Assembly: GCA_049686315.1 (NCBI GenBank)
Contig: JBAVHY010000158.1
Span: 2,469 to 66,468 of the forward strand
Length of the DNA stretch: 64,000 nucleotides
Direction: 5' to 3'
Source of the DNA: Candidatus Acidiferrum sp.
Lineage (GTDB): Bacteria; Acidobacteriota; Terriglobia; Acidiferrales; UBA7541
Each line of letters begins with the position of its first letter. The stretch's first letter is position 1. A model generated the notes under the pieces. It was given only the letters and a program-made list of their open reading frames with translations. It had not been told where the DNA came from and searched no databases. Below are positions 21,390 through 29,283 of this stretch, in pieces. Made by a program: the position numbers and the translations under genes.

Positions 21390-21439
21390 CCTGCCTTACA
21401 AGCAGGAGGCCGAAGGTTCGAGTCCTTCACTGCCCACCA
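21390..21439 (+). pseudogene. 3' half of a tRNA-Val(UAC)-like gene (anticodon arm to CCA); no 5' half present
   Basis: The parts seen are: anticodon stem cctgc/gcagg with loop cttacaa (anticodon TAC), a 5-nt variable region, T arm gaagg-ttcgagt-ccttc, acceptor 3' strand actgccc, discriminator a, and cca. No complementary gggcagt and no D arm lie upstream. Confidence 0.5.
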
Positions 21440-21505
21440 CTTACTCAAGGAAAATCACCTAAGACTTCTAGCACGTGCGTGCGAATGAGCTGGTAGCTTC
21501 GAAAT

Positions 21506-22297
21506 TTATCCGGCTTCGGACAGCTCGATGAGCGCCTGGAAGTTCTGCACAATTACAGCCTCGCGGCGTGTATTGACGATTCCGAGCCTTTCCCATTCCG
21601 AAAGCAGGCGGCTGACCGTGAAGAGAGTGGTGCCAGTTAATTGAGCCAACTCTTCACGGGAGAGACCGATTTCGAGAACGCCCTTGGTATGCGGGCGCAT
21701 TTGGTTGGACAGACGGATCAATTGGCTACTCAGTCTGGGAGCAACTCTTTGCGTGGAGATTTCACGAAAACGCTCCTCCAATTGCTGCAGGCAAAGCCCC
21801 AAGAATCGCGTGGTATTGCGTCGCAGATTTGGATAGCGGTCGGATAGTGATTCGAAGGTGCTAGCGTCCCATACGAGTGCAGTTGTGGGTTGTTGCGTCG
21901 TGCGGGCTGTCAGCAAGTTATTGGTTCCAAGGTATGACTCCAAGGCCCCGACAAGTTCTCCTGGCCCGCTAAGCCGCAACATGACTTCGCAACCCGTTGG
22001 GCCTAGTTGCGTCGTTTTGATGCAGCCGCTGAGCACCAAAAGAACCTGGCGGCAAGGAACACCCTCAAGGAAGACAACCTCCCGCCGCAAAAATCTTTTC
22101 TCTCGGGCTGCGGCCAGAATTTCTCTGCAGTCAACTGGCGAGAGATTGGAAAAGATGGCAAGCTGCCGTAAGCACTCGTCGTGCTCGCCGGTCACTGCAT
22201 CCCGGCCAGGCCGGGTCAGAACCCTACGGACACTCGCAACACGGTCACTTTGGGGCCGCAGAGAGGACTTCAAAGGCAGGGGGAGCTTGTTGAACAT
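21506..22297 (-). CDS. Crp/Fnr family transcriptional regulator
   Basis: cNMP-binding-like beta-roll (FLRREVVFLEGVPCRQVLLVLSGCIKT) plus a C-terminal HTH (SREELAQLTGTTLFTVSRLLSEWERLGIV). Confidence 0.85.
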   Translation of the reverse strand: MFNKLPLPLKSSLRPQSDRVASVRRVLTRPGRDAVTGEHDECLRQLAIFSNLSPVDCREILAAAREKRFLRREVVFLEGVPCRQVLLVLSGCIKTTQLGPTGCEVMLRLSGPGELVGALESYLGTNNLLTARTTQQPTTALVWDASTFESLSDRYPNLRRNTTRFLGLCLQQLEERFREISTQRVAPRLSSQLIRLSNQMRPHTKGVLEIGLSREELAQLTGTTLFTVSRLLSEWERLGIVNTRREAVIVQNFQALIELSEAG

Positions 22298-22380
22298 GGG
22301 CGGGCTCCTTGAGCGAGAACATAATGTCCGGGTGAGGGGGTCGGCTGCGCCCCCTTATTCCTCGACCGAAAAGTCAGAAA

Positions 22381-22701
22381 TCAAACCGTCACCGGGATGG
22401 CAATTTTGTGGAACGTGGAATATCCTTCCTCGAAATCCTTAAGAATTGGGGCTCCCTCAAGGTATTTCTCCACCATCTTCTCGACCTTGGGGTACAGTTC
22501 GTGATTGTAAATATCCGCGTACACCTTCGTTTCCCACAGGGTTATGGCCACCAGTTCTCTGTTTCCCGATGTGACCAGTAGTAGCTCGTCCACGAACCCC
22601 TTCTGTTTGTTCAAGAGAGGCACGATCTCCTTCTCAAACATGACCGGAAATTCCTTCGCAAGGTTTGGCTTTAGCAGCAGGGTGATATGACATGCAAACA
22701 T
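22381..22701 (-). CDS. small hypothetical protein (possibly ABM/Dabb-like alpha+beta fold)
   Basis: 106-aa ORF. Its size and beta-alpha-beta pattern (ITLLLKP...VAITLWETKVYADIY) suggest the fold. The assignment is weak. Confidence 0.4.
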   Translation of the reverse strand: MFACHITLLLKPNLAKEFPVMFEKEIVPLLNKQKGFVDELLLVTSGNRELVAITLWETKVYADIYNHELYPKVEKMVEKYLEGAPILKDFEEGYSTFHKIAIPVTV

Positions 22702-23090
22702 ACAGCCCTTCCCTTTTCATTCACCGGAGGGCGATGCCGCTGAGTCACCTACTCTTAAATAGGAAGGTACACGATCTGGAGTTCATTCCGCCCTTGGCAC
22801 ATGTCTAGTCCTGTGGGCTCAGGATTGCTGTGCCAGGCGTCACCTGGCAACGTGCGCTGCAACGCCTCGCTTGGTCGGGCCAACCATATGAATGACCTTT
22901 TGAGTAGATCGATTCCAGGAAAGCTTCGGCACTATACATCGATTCAAGGCTTCCAAGGGATCGTGACAAGTAAGAATATACGGGCACCAATCTTCCCTTT
23001 CTTGATGATCGCAAGGAGTTTATACATGTAATGGACATCTCTAAAAAGAAAGTCGCCGCGACCGCTGGATTCGAAAGGAGAGGCTGGACA

Positions 23091-23444
23091 ATGAAAATCC
23101 TATGGCAGGAGAAGCCGGAGAAGCAGGACTATCCGGCCGCGGAATCGTATCTGAGCCTGCTGTTCTCTCGGAGTGAAGTTCTGCGGCTTATTGGGAAATT
23201 GAAGGATGCCTATGTGATTTCCTTTAAGGCCAAAGATATTTTCCGAGCCTCGGGACTCTCGCTCATGGGAGTCAGCAACAGTCACGTGAAAGCGGACCGG
23301 GACAAGATCAATGCCGGGAAGGAACTATCGCCACTGCTATTGGTGCGCTACAAGGGCCGTGTGATTATCGCCGATGGCTACCACCGACTGTGCGCGGTGT
23401 ACTCGTTCGACGAGGATGCAGAGATTCCCTGCAAGATCGTTTAA
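23091..23444 (+). CDS. small ParB/Srx-fold-like protein
   Basis: About 117 aa ending LSPLLLVRYKGRVIIADGYHRLCAVYSFDEDAEIPCKIV. This resembles the ParB N-terminal-domain motif (L.PI.V...I.DGHHR). The local DNA is visibly less GC-rich than its surroundings. Confidence 0.4.
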   Translation: MKILWQEKPEKQDYPAAESYLSLLFSRSEVLRLIGKLKDAYVISFKAKDIFRASGLSLMGVSNSHVKADRDKINAGKELSPLLLVRYKGRVIIADGYHRLCAVYSFDEDAEIPCKIV

Positions 23445-23477
23445 TCCGCAGGCGGTGACCGCCGAAATTCCTTGCGT

Positions 23478-24134
23478 TTACGCCTGGCCCACCCGCCTTC
23501 GGCGTGCAGTTTGCGTTCGTGCCGTGCATGTGGTGCACGGCTTGATTCTCGTTGGTTCTTGCTTGACCCCATTAACAACTCGGATGTAACCCTCCTCGAC
23601 GGTGTAACTCACCGAACAGCCTTCCGATGGACAGGAATAACCGTTGATCATCGCGTTCACCTTCATGCGTTGATTATGGGAGGGACAAAGAGGCAAGAGA
23701 GTGGGGCGATTTCTCTTTGTGGAAACCCGAGTCGAAATCCGCGCAGAAATCCGAGTGGAAATCCGACTGGGTATCCGAAGCTGAGTGGGTATCCGTATCC
23801 GAAGCCGGATTTTAGGTTCCCGGCCATTCGCAACCGCATCCGCAAATGTGCCGCCGAAGAACGCGCAGATGCTTAGTACGACGCACATGCCGCCTAGATC
23901 ATATAGCCGCGGCGCACTTTCCGAATGGCCCATCAAGCGCAGCACAAAGCCGGCTACCGGGACAGCAAGACCAACCACTCCCAAGGGCAGTACGAACCTG
24001 AAGAGGTAGAGAGACCACTGTTTTCTGCTTACCAGCCCGAATGCCGAGATTGGCATCGGAACGAAAAAAACGATGAACGCGAGAACCAGCCGCAAAATAA
24101 AGGTGGGGTGGGCTGGAGAGAGCGGAAATTCCAC
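23478..24134 (-). CDS. membrane protein with a basic 4-aa repeat linker and a C-terminal Cys/His zinc-ribbon-like domain
   Basis: The ORF track gives a GTG start. About 3 N-terminal TM helices are followed by IRLRIRIPTQLRIPSRISTRISARISTRVST, then LCPSH...YSCPSEGCSVSY...KPCTTC. No family recognised. Confidence 0.45.
   Translation of the reverse strand: MEFPLSPAHPTFILRLVLAFIVFFVPMPISAFGLVSRKQWSLYLFRFVLPLGVVGLAVPVAGFVLRLMGHSESAPRLYDLGGMCVVLSICAFFGGTFADAVANGREPKIRLRIRIPTQLRIPSRISTRISARISTRVSTKRNRPTLLPLCPSHNQRMKVNAMINGYSCPSEGCSVSYTVEEGYIRVVNGVKQEPTRIKPCTTCTARTQTARRRRVGQA
23722..23807. repeat. imperfect 12-nt-period tandem repeat (GAAAYCCGNNNN then GTATCCG-type units) inside the CDS
   Basis: Consecutive units gaaacccgagtc / gaaatccgcgca / gaaatccgagtg / gaaatccgactgg, followed by gtatccgaagctgagtgg and gtatccgtatccgaagccg. 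The period is a multiple of 3. Confidence 0.7.
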
Positions 24135-24287
24135 GGAGAAAAACCTCTTGCTGGCTTAACACGATAGCCGCTTCTCTTCGAGTTTACAACAGGTTACAGC
24201 CTGAACAATGGCCTAATTGCACAGCAAAACAAGGGGGGAAACAGCTCAGGCGGTCAGAAAGCGGCTCAGCCAGCGCCGTAGTTATTG

Positions 24288-24449
24288 TCAAACGGGCAGT
24301 TGTGTGGCGCCGGGCGCTGCCGGCGCGTCCTTCTCTGCTACCACCACGCGGTCTTTGCCATCCATCTTCGCCTGGTACAGGGCTTCATCCGCTGCTCGCA
24401 GCAGCCCTTCGACGCTCTGGCCGTTATCGCTACGCCCAACTGAAACCGT
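24288..24449 (-). pseudogene. C-terminal remnant of a GGDEF (diguanylate cyclase) domain
   Basis: The minus-strand frame reads [41 protein letters not shown]...QLPV*. This matches the GGDEF C-terminal consensus (TvSiG.a....s.e.Ll..AD.AlY.AK..GrnrV). Upstream of TVSVG the frame loses all similarity and lies inside the iorB-like 3' end. Confidence 0.5.
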
Positions 24450-26673
24450 GTTTGGACAACGGCAGCGAGCGGATGCGCTTGCCGGTCAAAGCGAAAATCG
24501 CATTGCATACCGCGGGCAAAATCGGCGGCAGCGCCGGTTCTCCCAACCCCGTTGGAGGATTGTCTGTTGTAAGGAAGTGGACTTCAATCTCTGGAGGCAC
24601 CTCTGCCATGCGCAACGGCGGATACTCGTGAAAGTTGCTCTGCACAGCGCGGCCGCGCTCAAACGTGATCTCGTAACCCATCAAATGACTTAAACCCTCG
24701 ATGACTGCCCCCTGCACTTCGTTGATGGCGCCGCTCGAATTGATGATCTGGCTGCCGACATCGCCGGCAACCCACACCTTCGGGATCTTTACTTTATCGC
24801 CGGAAATAATTTGAACCTCGACGACTTCGGCAAAATATCCGCGATGACTGAAATGGAAAGCAACGCCCATGGCCGCGCCCTTTGGTAAGGAACGAGAACC
24901 CCAGCCGGACTTTTCAGCGACAAGTTCGAGGACGCCGCGCATGCGACCCGCATTAAACTGAGGCGCTGCGGCGTTCGGAGCACCTGGCGCGCCCGCCGCC
25001 GTTTCGATTGGCGGAACCGCAAGCAATGCGAGCCTGAATTTCACCGGATCTTGCCCGGCCGCGTGAGCCAGTTCGTCTATAAAAGATTGCATCACAAATG
25101 CCAACCCATTGCTCCCGGGAGCGCGCAGTGCGCCTGTGGGAATGCCCAGGGGCATGAGCGTAGTCTCCAGCGCGAAGTTTGGCACGAAACGCGCCGGAAA
25201 TTCGTCCGGCGAGATCCCAGCAGCGGGAGCAAAACGCTCCCCTTCCCCGAAGCTGACAAAATGATTCCGCCAAGCGGTAAGCGCGCCCGAGGCATCGACG
25301 GCGCCCTTGAAAAAATGGAATCCCGCCGGCCGGTAAAAGTCATGCTGCATGTCTTCTTCGCGGGTCCAGAGCAGCTTGACGGGCGCGCCATTGACGACTT
25401 TCGCGATCCAGGCGCCTTCGATTGTGTAATCGTTGGTCAGGCGCCGGCCAAAACCACCGCCCATGCGGGGAAGGTGCATCACAATGTCGCTTTCGGGAAT
25501 ACCGAGCGTCCTAGCGACTTGCGGTAAACCGCGCTGCGGCGTTTGACTCGGGACCCACAGTTCCAGTTTGCCGTCCTTGTACTGAGCGGTGCAGTTTTGC
25601 GGCTCGAGGGGCGCGTGGGCAAGGAACGGATAAAAATAAGACGCTTCGACGACCTTGGAGACTTTCTGCAGTGTTGTTTCCACGTCGCCATCAGTGCGCA
25701 GAGATCGCGCCGGCTTTTGTTTCGAGATTTTCTCCGCGTCACGAGCGAAGGATTCCGTGCTCTGCTGCGCCGTTGGCCCCTCGTCCCATTTCGCTTGCAG
25801 TTTCTCCCGAGCCGTATGAGCCTGCCACCAACTGTCGGCCACGACAGCTACGCCACTGAGCAAGCCGGTTAAATCGGTGCCGCCTTCGACCGCGAAAACA
25901 TGGCGCACGCCGGGCATGGACTTGATTTCGTCGAGATTCGCGCTGGCCAGCTTGCCTGCGTACACGGGGCACTTTTCGAACACCGCGAAGAGCATGCCAG
26001 GCAGCTTGAAGTCAATCCCAAACAGGGGCTTGCCGGTGACAATGGAAATATTGTCCACACCAGAGACGGGCTTACCGATAATTTTGTAGTCTTTAGGATC
26101 TTTTAACTGAACTTTTGTGATGTCCGGCGGAGGTAATTGGGCTGCTTTGGCTGCAAGTTCACCGTAGCCTAGGGAACGATTCGTTTGTTTATGAAGCACC
26201 CGGCCCGACAGAGTCGAACATTCCGATTCCGGCACGCTCCAGGTTTGCGCCGCGGCGCTAATGAGCATTTGGCGTCCAGCAGCGCCAACTTGGCGCATGG
26301 GAATCCAATTGTTCGGCGTCGCCGTGCTCCCGCCAGCCACCTGCAGTCCATATTTTGCAAAATCAACATCACCCTGCTCGATTTTGACACTCTTCCAATC
26401 AACATCCAGCTCTTCGGCGATGAGCATGGGAAGCATGGTCTTGACGCCTTGTCCAACCTCCGGATTTTTTGCAACCAGGGTGACGACACCGTCCGACGCA
26501 AGGTGGATGAACGCATGGGGCGAAAGTGCAGGGGCCGGTGGGGCCTGCGAGCTCATGGCAAGCACGTCTGGCACAGCATCGAAATGGTAGGCAAGCACAA
26601 AGCCTCCTCCGGCAATTGCGCTAACCCGAAGGAAGGAGCGGCGACTAACAAGCATGGGTTCAGCAGTGGCCAT
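24430..26673 (-). CDS. xanthine dehydrogenase-family molybdopterin-binding subunit (IorB / aldehyde oxidoreductase beta-like), Tat-exported
   Basis: 747 aa with a Tat signal ([15 protein letters not shown]). The family body is present and the C-terminus is typical ([20 protein letters not shown]). Confidence 0.9.
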   Translation of the reverse strand: MATAEPMLVSRRSFLRVSAIAGGGFVLAYHFDAVPDVLAMSSQAPPAPALSPHAFIHLASDGVVTLVAKNPEVGQGVKTMLPMLIAEELDVDWKSVKIEQGDVDFAKYGLQVAGGSTATPNNWIPMRQVGAAGRQMLISAAAQTWSVPESECSTLSGRVLHKQTNRSLGYGELAAKAAQLPPPDITKVQLKDPKDYKIIGKPVSGVDNISIVTGKPLFGIDFKLPGMLFAVFEKCPVYAGKLASANLDEIKSMPGVRHVFAVEGGTDLTGLLSGVAVVADSWWQAHTAREKLQAKWDEGPTAQQSTESFARDAEKISKQKPARSLRTDGDVETTLQKVSKVVEASYFYPFLAHAPLEPQNCTAQYKDGKLELWVPSQTPQRGLPQVARTLGIPESDIVMHLPRMGGGFGRRLTNDYTIEGAWIAKVVNGAPVKLLWTREEDMQHDFYRPAGFHFFKGAVDASGALTAWRNHFVSFGEGERFAPAAGISPDEFPARFVPNFALETTLMPLGIPTGALRAPGSNGLAFVMQSFIDELAHAAGQDPVKFRLALLAVPPIETAAGAPGAPNAAAPQFNAGRMRGVLELVAEKSGWGSRSLPKGAAMGVAFHFSHRGYFAEVVEVQIISGDKVKIPKVWVAGDVGSQIINSSGAINEVQGAVIEGLSHLMGYEITFERGRAVQSNFHEYPPLRMAEVPPEIEVHFLTTDNPPTGLGEPALPPILPAVCNAIFALTGKRIRSLPLSKHGFSWA

Positions 26674-27000
26674 GGCGCCTCGCTATTCTCGTTTTTGGCG
26701 GAACGATTTGCAGCCAGCGGTGCCGGGTGGTGAATGGGCTGGCGAATGCGCAGAACCGTTCCGCAACCGCAGAGATTCCTATTTCTGCGGTTACGACCTA
26801 TTTGTGTCCAGAAAAAGATAGTGCGACAGAATCATGGAGTCAACGCGGAAATGCTGAAGGAGAAGTTTAAGGAGATGAAAGGACCTCGCCGTGGAATAAA
26901 CCGCCGTCGGTGGCCTCACAAAAGTGGTCAGGGATCGTGCTGTAGATAGAACTTTGGAGGGGTCTATTCTAAACTAACGTGCTTTCAGAGCGGAGGCGAA

Positions 27001-27468
27001 ATGACAGCAATTCCGAACGGGGCCGTCTTGACGCTATTGATTCCCTGTGTTGCAGTGAGCGGTAGCCGCTTGGTTGCCGCGCGAGTTGAGGCCAATGCGG
27101 CTCAGAAGAAAAGTGAAGGGTCTCGAATTGCGTTTTCCCACGATTTGCCGCCGTTGAAGGGTGACAAACTCAGCGTCACGCTTGTGGAGGTCATTTATGG
27201 GCCCGGTGAGTCCTCCACGCCTCACAGTCACCCTTGCCCCGTTATCGGTTACGTCCTTGAAGGAGCGCTTCGGACACAAGTGCAGGGCGAACCTGCAGCC
27301 ATCTACAAAGCCGGCGAGAGCTTCTATGAAGCTCCCAACGGGGTTCATTTAGTATCCGCCAACGCCAGTGATAAAGAACGGGCAAGGTTGCTTGCTTATT
27401 TTGTTTGTGACCAGCACTCGGCGCTCAGCGTGGACGTCCCGGCAAGTGAGCCGACAAAGGAGAAATAA
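27001..27468 (+). CDS. exported cupin-domain protein
   Basis: GGAGG RBS and a signal-like N-terminus. Cupin motifs HSHPCPVIGYVLEG ... GESFYEAPNGVHLVSAN. Confidence 0.75.
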   Translation: MTAIPNGAVLTLLIPCVAVSGSRLVAARVEANAAQKKSEGSRIAFSHDLPPLKGDKLSVTLVEVIYGPGESSTPHSHPCPVIGYVLEGALRTQVQGEPAAIYKAGESFYEAPNGVHLVSANASDKERARLLAYFVCDQHSALSVDVPASEPTKEK

Positions 27469-27642
27469 CCGTGCTTGTGATATTCGGGATAACCACGGCG
27501 ATTTCGTTCGTGATCAAGTCTCTGCTGGACTATCCCGCCTTTTCCGCTTCCGCAGGAGCCATGTCGCCGGCGCTGTACCAAAGCAGCAAATCCGGAACGA
27601 ATTCATGAACACTTTCCCCCATTTTTCGCATCAGTACCTCTT

Positions 27643-28596
27643 ATGAACGAGCTAGAACACAGGTCAAGTTGGATTCATTTGGCGGTATCCGCGGACTGGC
27701 CGCTCATCGCCATCCCCGGAATCATCTGGGGGGCCTCCTTTCTATTCATCGCCGAGGGACTAAAGGCCATGGGGCCCAGCGGCGTAGCCTTCGTCCGGCT
27801 GTTCATCGGATCTATTACCCTGGCATGGTTTCCCGCGGCGCGCAAACCAGTCGACTGGTTGGCATGGCCGCGCATTGTCCTGGTAGGTGTTTTGTGGTTT
27901 GCCTTTCCTCTGAGCTTGTTCCCATTCGCGGAGCAGAGAGTTTCTTCGGCGCTGACCGGTATGTTGAACGCATCGGTTCCACTGTTTACCGCCATCGTTG
28001 CCACAGTGATCGCCAGTCGACTTCCCGAACGCCGAGTGATTGCGGGTTTAGCCATCGGATTGGCGGGCGCTGGGCTGATTGCCTGGCCGACGATCCATGA
28101 GGGTCGTAGCAGCGTCGTTGGCGTTTTGCTGATCCTGGCCGCTGTTATCTCCTACGGATTCGCGTTGAATATTGCTCGTCCCTTGCAGCAGCAGTACGGA
28201 GCCCTTCCCCTGATTCTCCGCGCACAAAGTGTGGCCGTGTTATTGACCGCTCCGCTCGGCGTGCCGGACGTACTGGCTGCGCGCTGGACACTGGCGCCCT
28301 TCTTTTCCCTACTGATGCTGGGAGCATTCGGGACGGGAATCGCATTCGTGTTGCTGGGGACCGCCGCTGGAAGAGTGGGAGCCACGCGCGCGTCGTCGGC
28401 GGGGTTCTTGATTCCTCCAGTCGCGCTGCTGCTGGGAGTCCTGGTGAGGGGCGAGTACGTAGCAATGCTTTCAATTGTTGGCAGCGCGGTTTGCGTGGCA
28501 GGTGCGTGGCTCATGCGCGGCGCACAGATCAGCCCTCAACGTGACGCCAAGCTCGCCCCGTCATCGACGCTCGCTGCCCCCAGGTACGAATCATGA
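27643..28596 (+). CDS. EamA/DMT-family transporter
   Basis: About 10 TM segments arranged as two EamA-like halves. The GIIWGASFLFIAEGL start is typical. Confidence 0.85.
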   Translation: MNELEHRSSWIHLAVSADWPLIAIPGIIWGASFLFIAEGLKAMGPSGVAFVRLFIGSITLAWFPAARKPVDWLAWPRIVLVGVLWFAFPLSLFPFAEQRVSSALTGMLNASVPLFTAIVATVIASRLPERRVIAGLAIGLAGAGLIAWPTIHEGRSSVVGVLLILAAVISYGFALNIARPLQQQYGALPLILRAQSVAVLLTAPLGVPDVLAARWTLAPFFSLLMLGAFGTGIAFVLLGTAAGRVGATRASSAGFLIPPVALLLGVLVRGEYVAMLSIVGSAVCVAGAWLMRGAQISPQRDAKLAPSSTLAAPRYES

Positions 28597-28720
28597 AAGC
28601 GGCCAAGCGCTGGCTCCATTTTGCTAATTCACGGCACCTGACAATTGGCCGCATCCCGATATTTGGGGCGCTCTTCACTGTAGTTAGTCAAGGTTGGTTC
28701 ATGACATTTTGGGAGGAAAC

Positions 28721-29173
28721 ATGCGCCGCGCAATCTGGATAGCTATAGCTGGCGCCCTGGCGATCCTTATCGCATCGGGTCTGGCAGCACGCCCGGACGA
28801 CCGAGACGAACTTCTCAAGGTGCGCGAAGAGGTTTGGCGCGCCTGGTTCGCCAATGATACGAAAAAACTCGAAGCGTTGGTCCCGCCGGACACCATTGTC
28901 ATCAGCGCCGGGGAAGAGAAATGGAAAAACCAGGCAGACATTCTCCAATCCGCCGCCCAGTTTCAAGCAAAAGGTGGAAAGCTCCTCCGGCTGGAATTTC
29001 CGCGCACCGAAATTCAACGTTTCGGCGATGTTGCGATTACTTACAGTCAATATCTGTATGAAACCGAAGTGGATGGCAAGCGATCGGTCACATCCGGGCG
29101 CGTTACGGAGATATTTGTTCTGCGCAAGGCAAAGTGGACAAATCCTGGCTGGCATACCGATACGGAAAAATGA
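28721..29173 (+). CDS. DUF4440 / SnoaL-like (NTF2 fold) exported protein
   Basis: GGGAGG RBS, a signal peptide and the NTF2-like pattern (VWRAWFANDTKKLEALVPPDTIVIS ... VTEIFVLRKAKWTNPGWH). Confidence 0.7.
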   Translation: MRRAIWIAIAGALAILIASGLAARPDDRDELLKVREEVWRAWFANDTKKLEALVPPDTIVISAGEEKWKNQADILQSAAQFQAKGGKLLRLEFPRTEIQRFGDVAITYSQYLYETEVDGKRSVTSGRVTEIFVLRKAKWTNPGWHTDTEK

Positions 29174-29283
29174 GAGGAACTTGCGGGGCCTTGACCAATC
29201 CCTAAGATCGCATGAAGCGAAGCTATGTCTTGCAGAGAAATCGGTGGATCTCGGAAGGAGTAACTCTTCGCGCTACCCAGCCG

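Noticed and set aside
21090-21439. Possibility that the tRNA-like 3' end belongs to a tmRNA (ssrA), with its 5' end near gggttgactgcatcggg about 350 nt upstream.
   Set aside because: The putative 5' strand pairs poorly with actgccc (two mismatches), and position 3 would be G-C rather than the G-U needed for alanylation. The segment also contains a canonical anticodon arm with a 7-nt loop, which tmRNA lacks.
3299-21439. Reading the integrase fossil and the tRNA-Val fragment as the two ends of one 18-kb integrative element.
   Set aside because: The integrase is not adjacent to the tRNA fragment. I could find no direct repeat of the tRNA 3' segment near 3.2-4.3 kb. The intervening genes (GH38, RND operon, sigma factor) look like ordinary chromosomal content in composition.
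22335-22355. GC-rich hairpin (aggggg-N9-ccccct) between the small ABM-like ORF and the crp-like gene, considered as an intrinsic terminator.
   Set aside because: No U-tract follows it on the minus (coding) strand. The T-rich run is on the plus strand, where no gene ends. The evidence is not enough to call a terminator.
23722-23807. Short tandem repeats considered as a possible CRISPR or mini-array.
   Set aside because: The units are only about 12 nt, are contiguous without spacers, and lie inside an ORF with a period divisible by three. No cas genes are present in the window.
23472-23876. Plus-strand 134-aa ORF reading the repeat as GNPSRNPRRNPSGNPTGYP...
   Set aside because: Outside the repeat it has no start context, signal or domain features. 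The minus-strand ORF, by contrast, has coherent TM helices and a Cys/His module. This remains a formal alternative.
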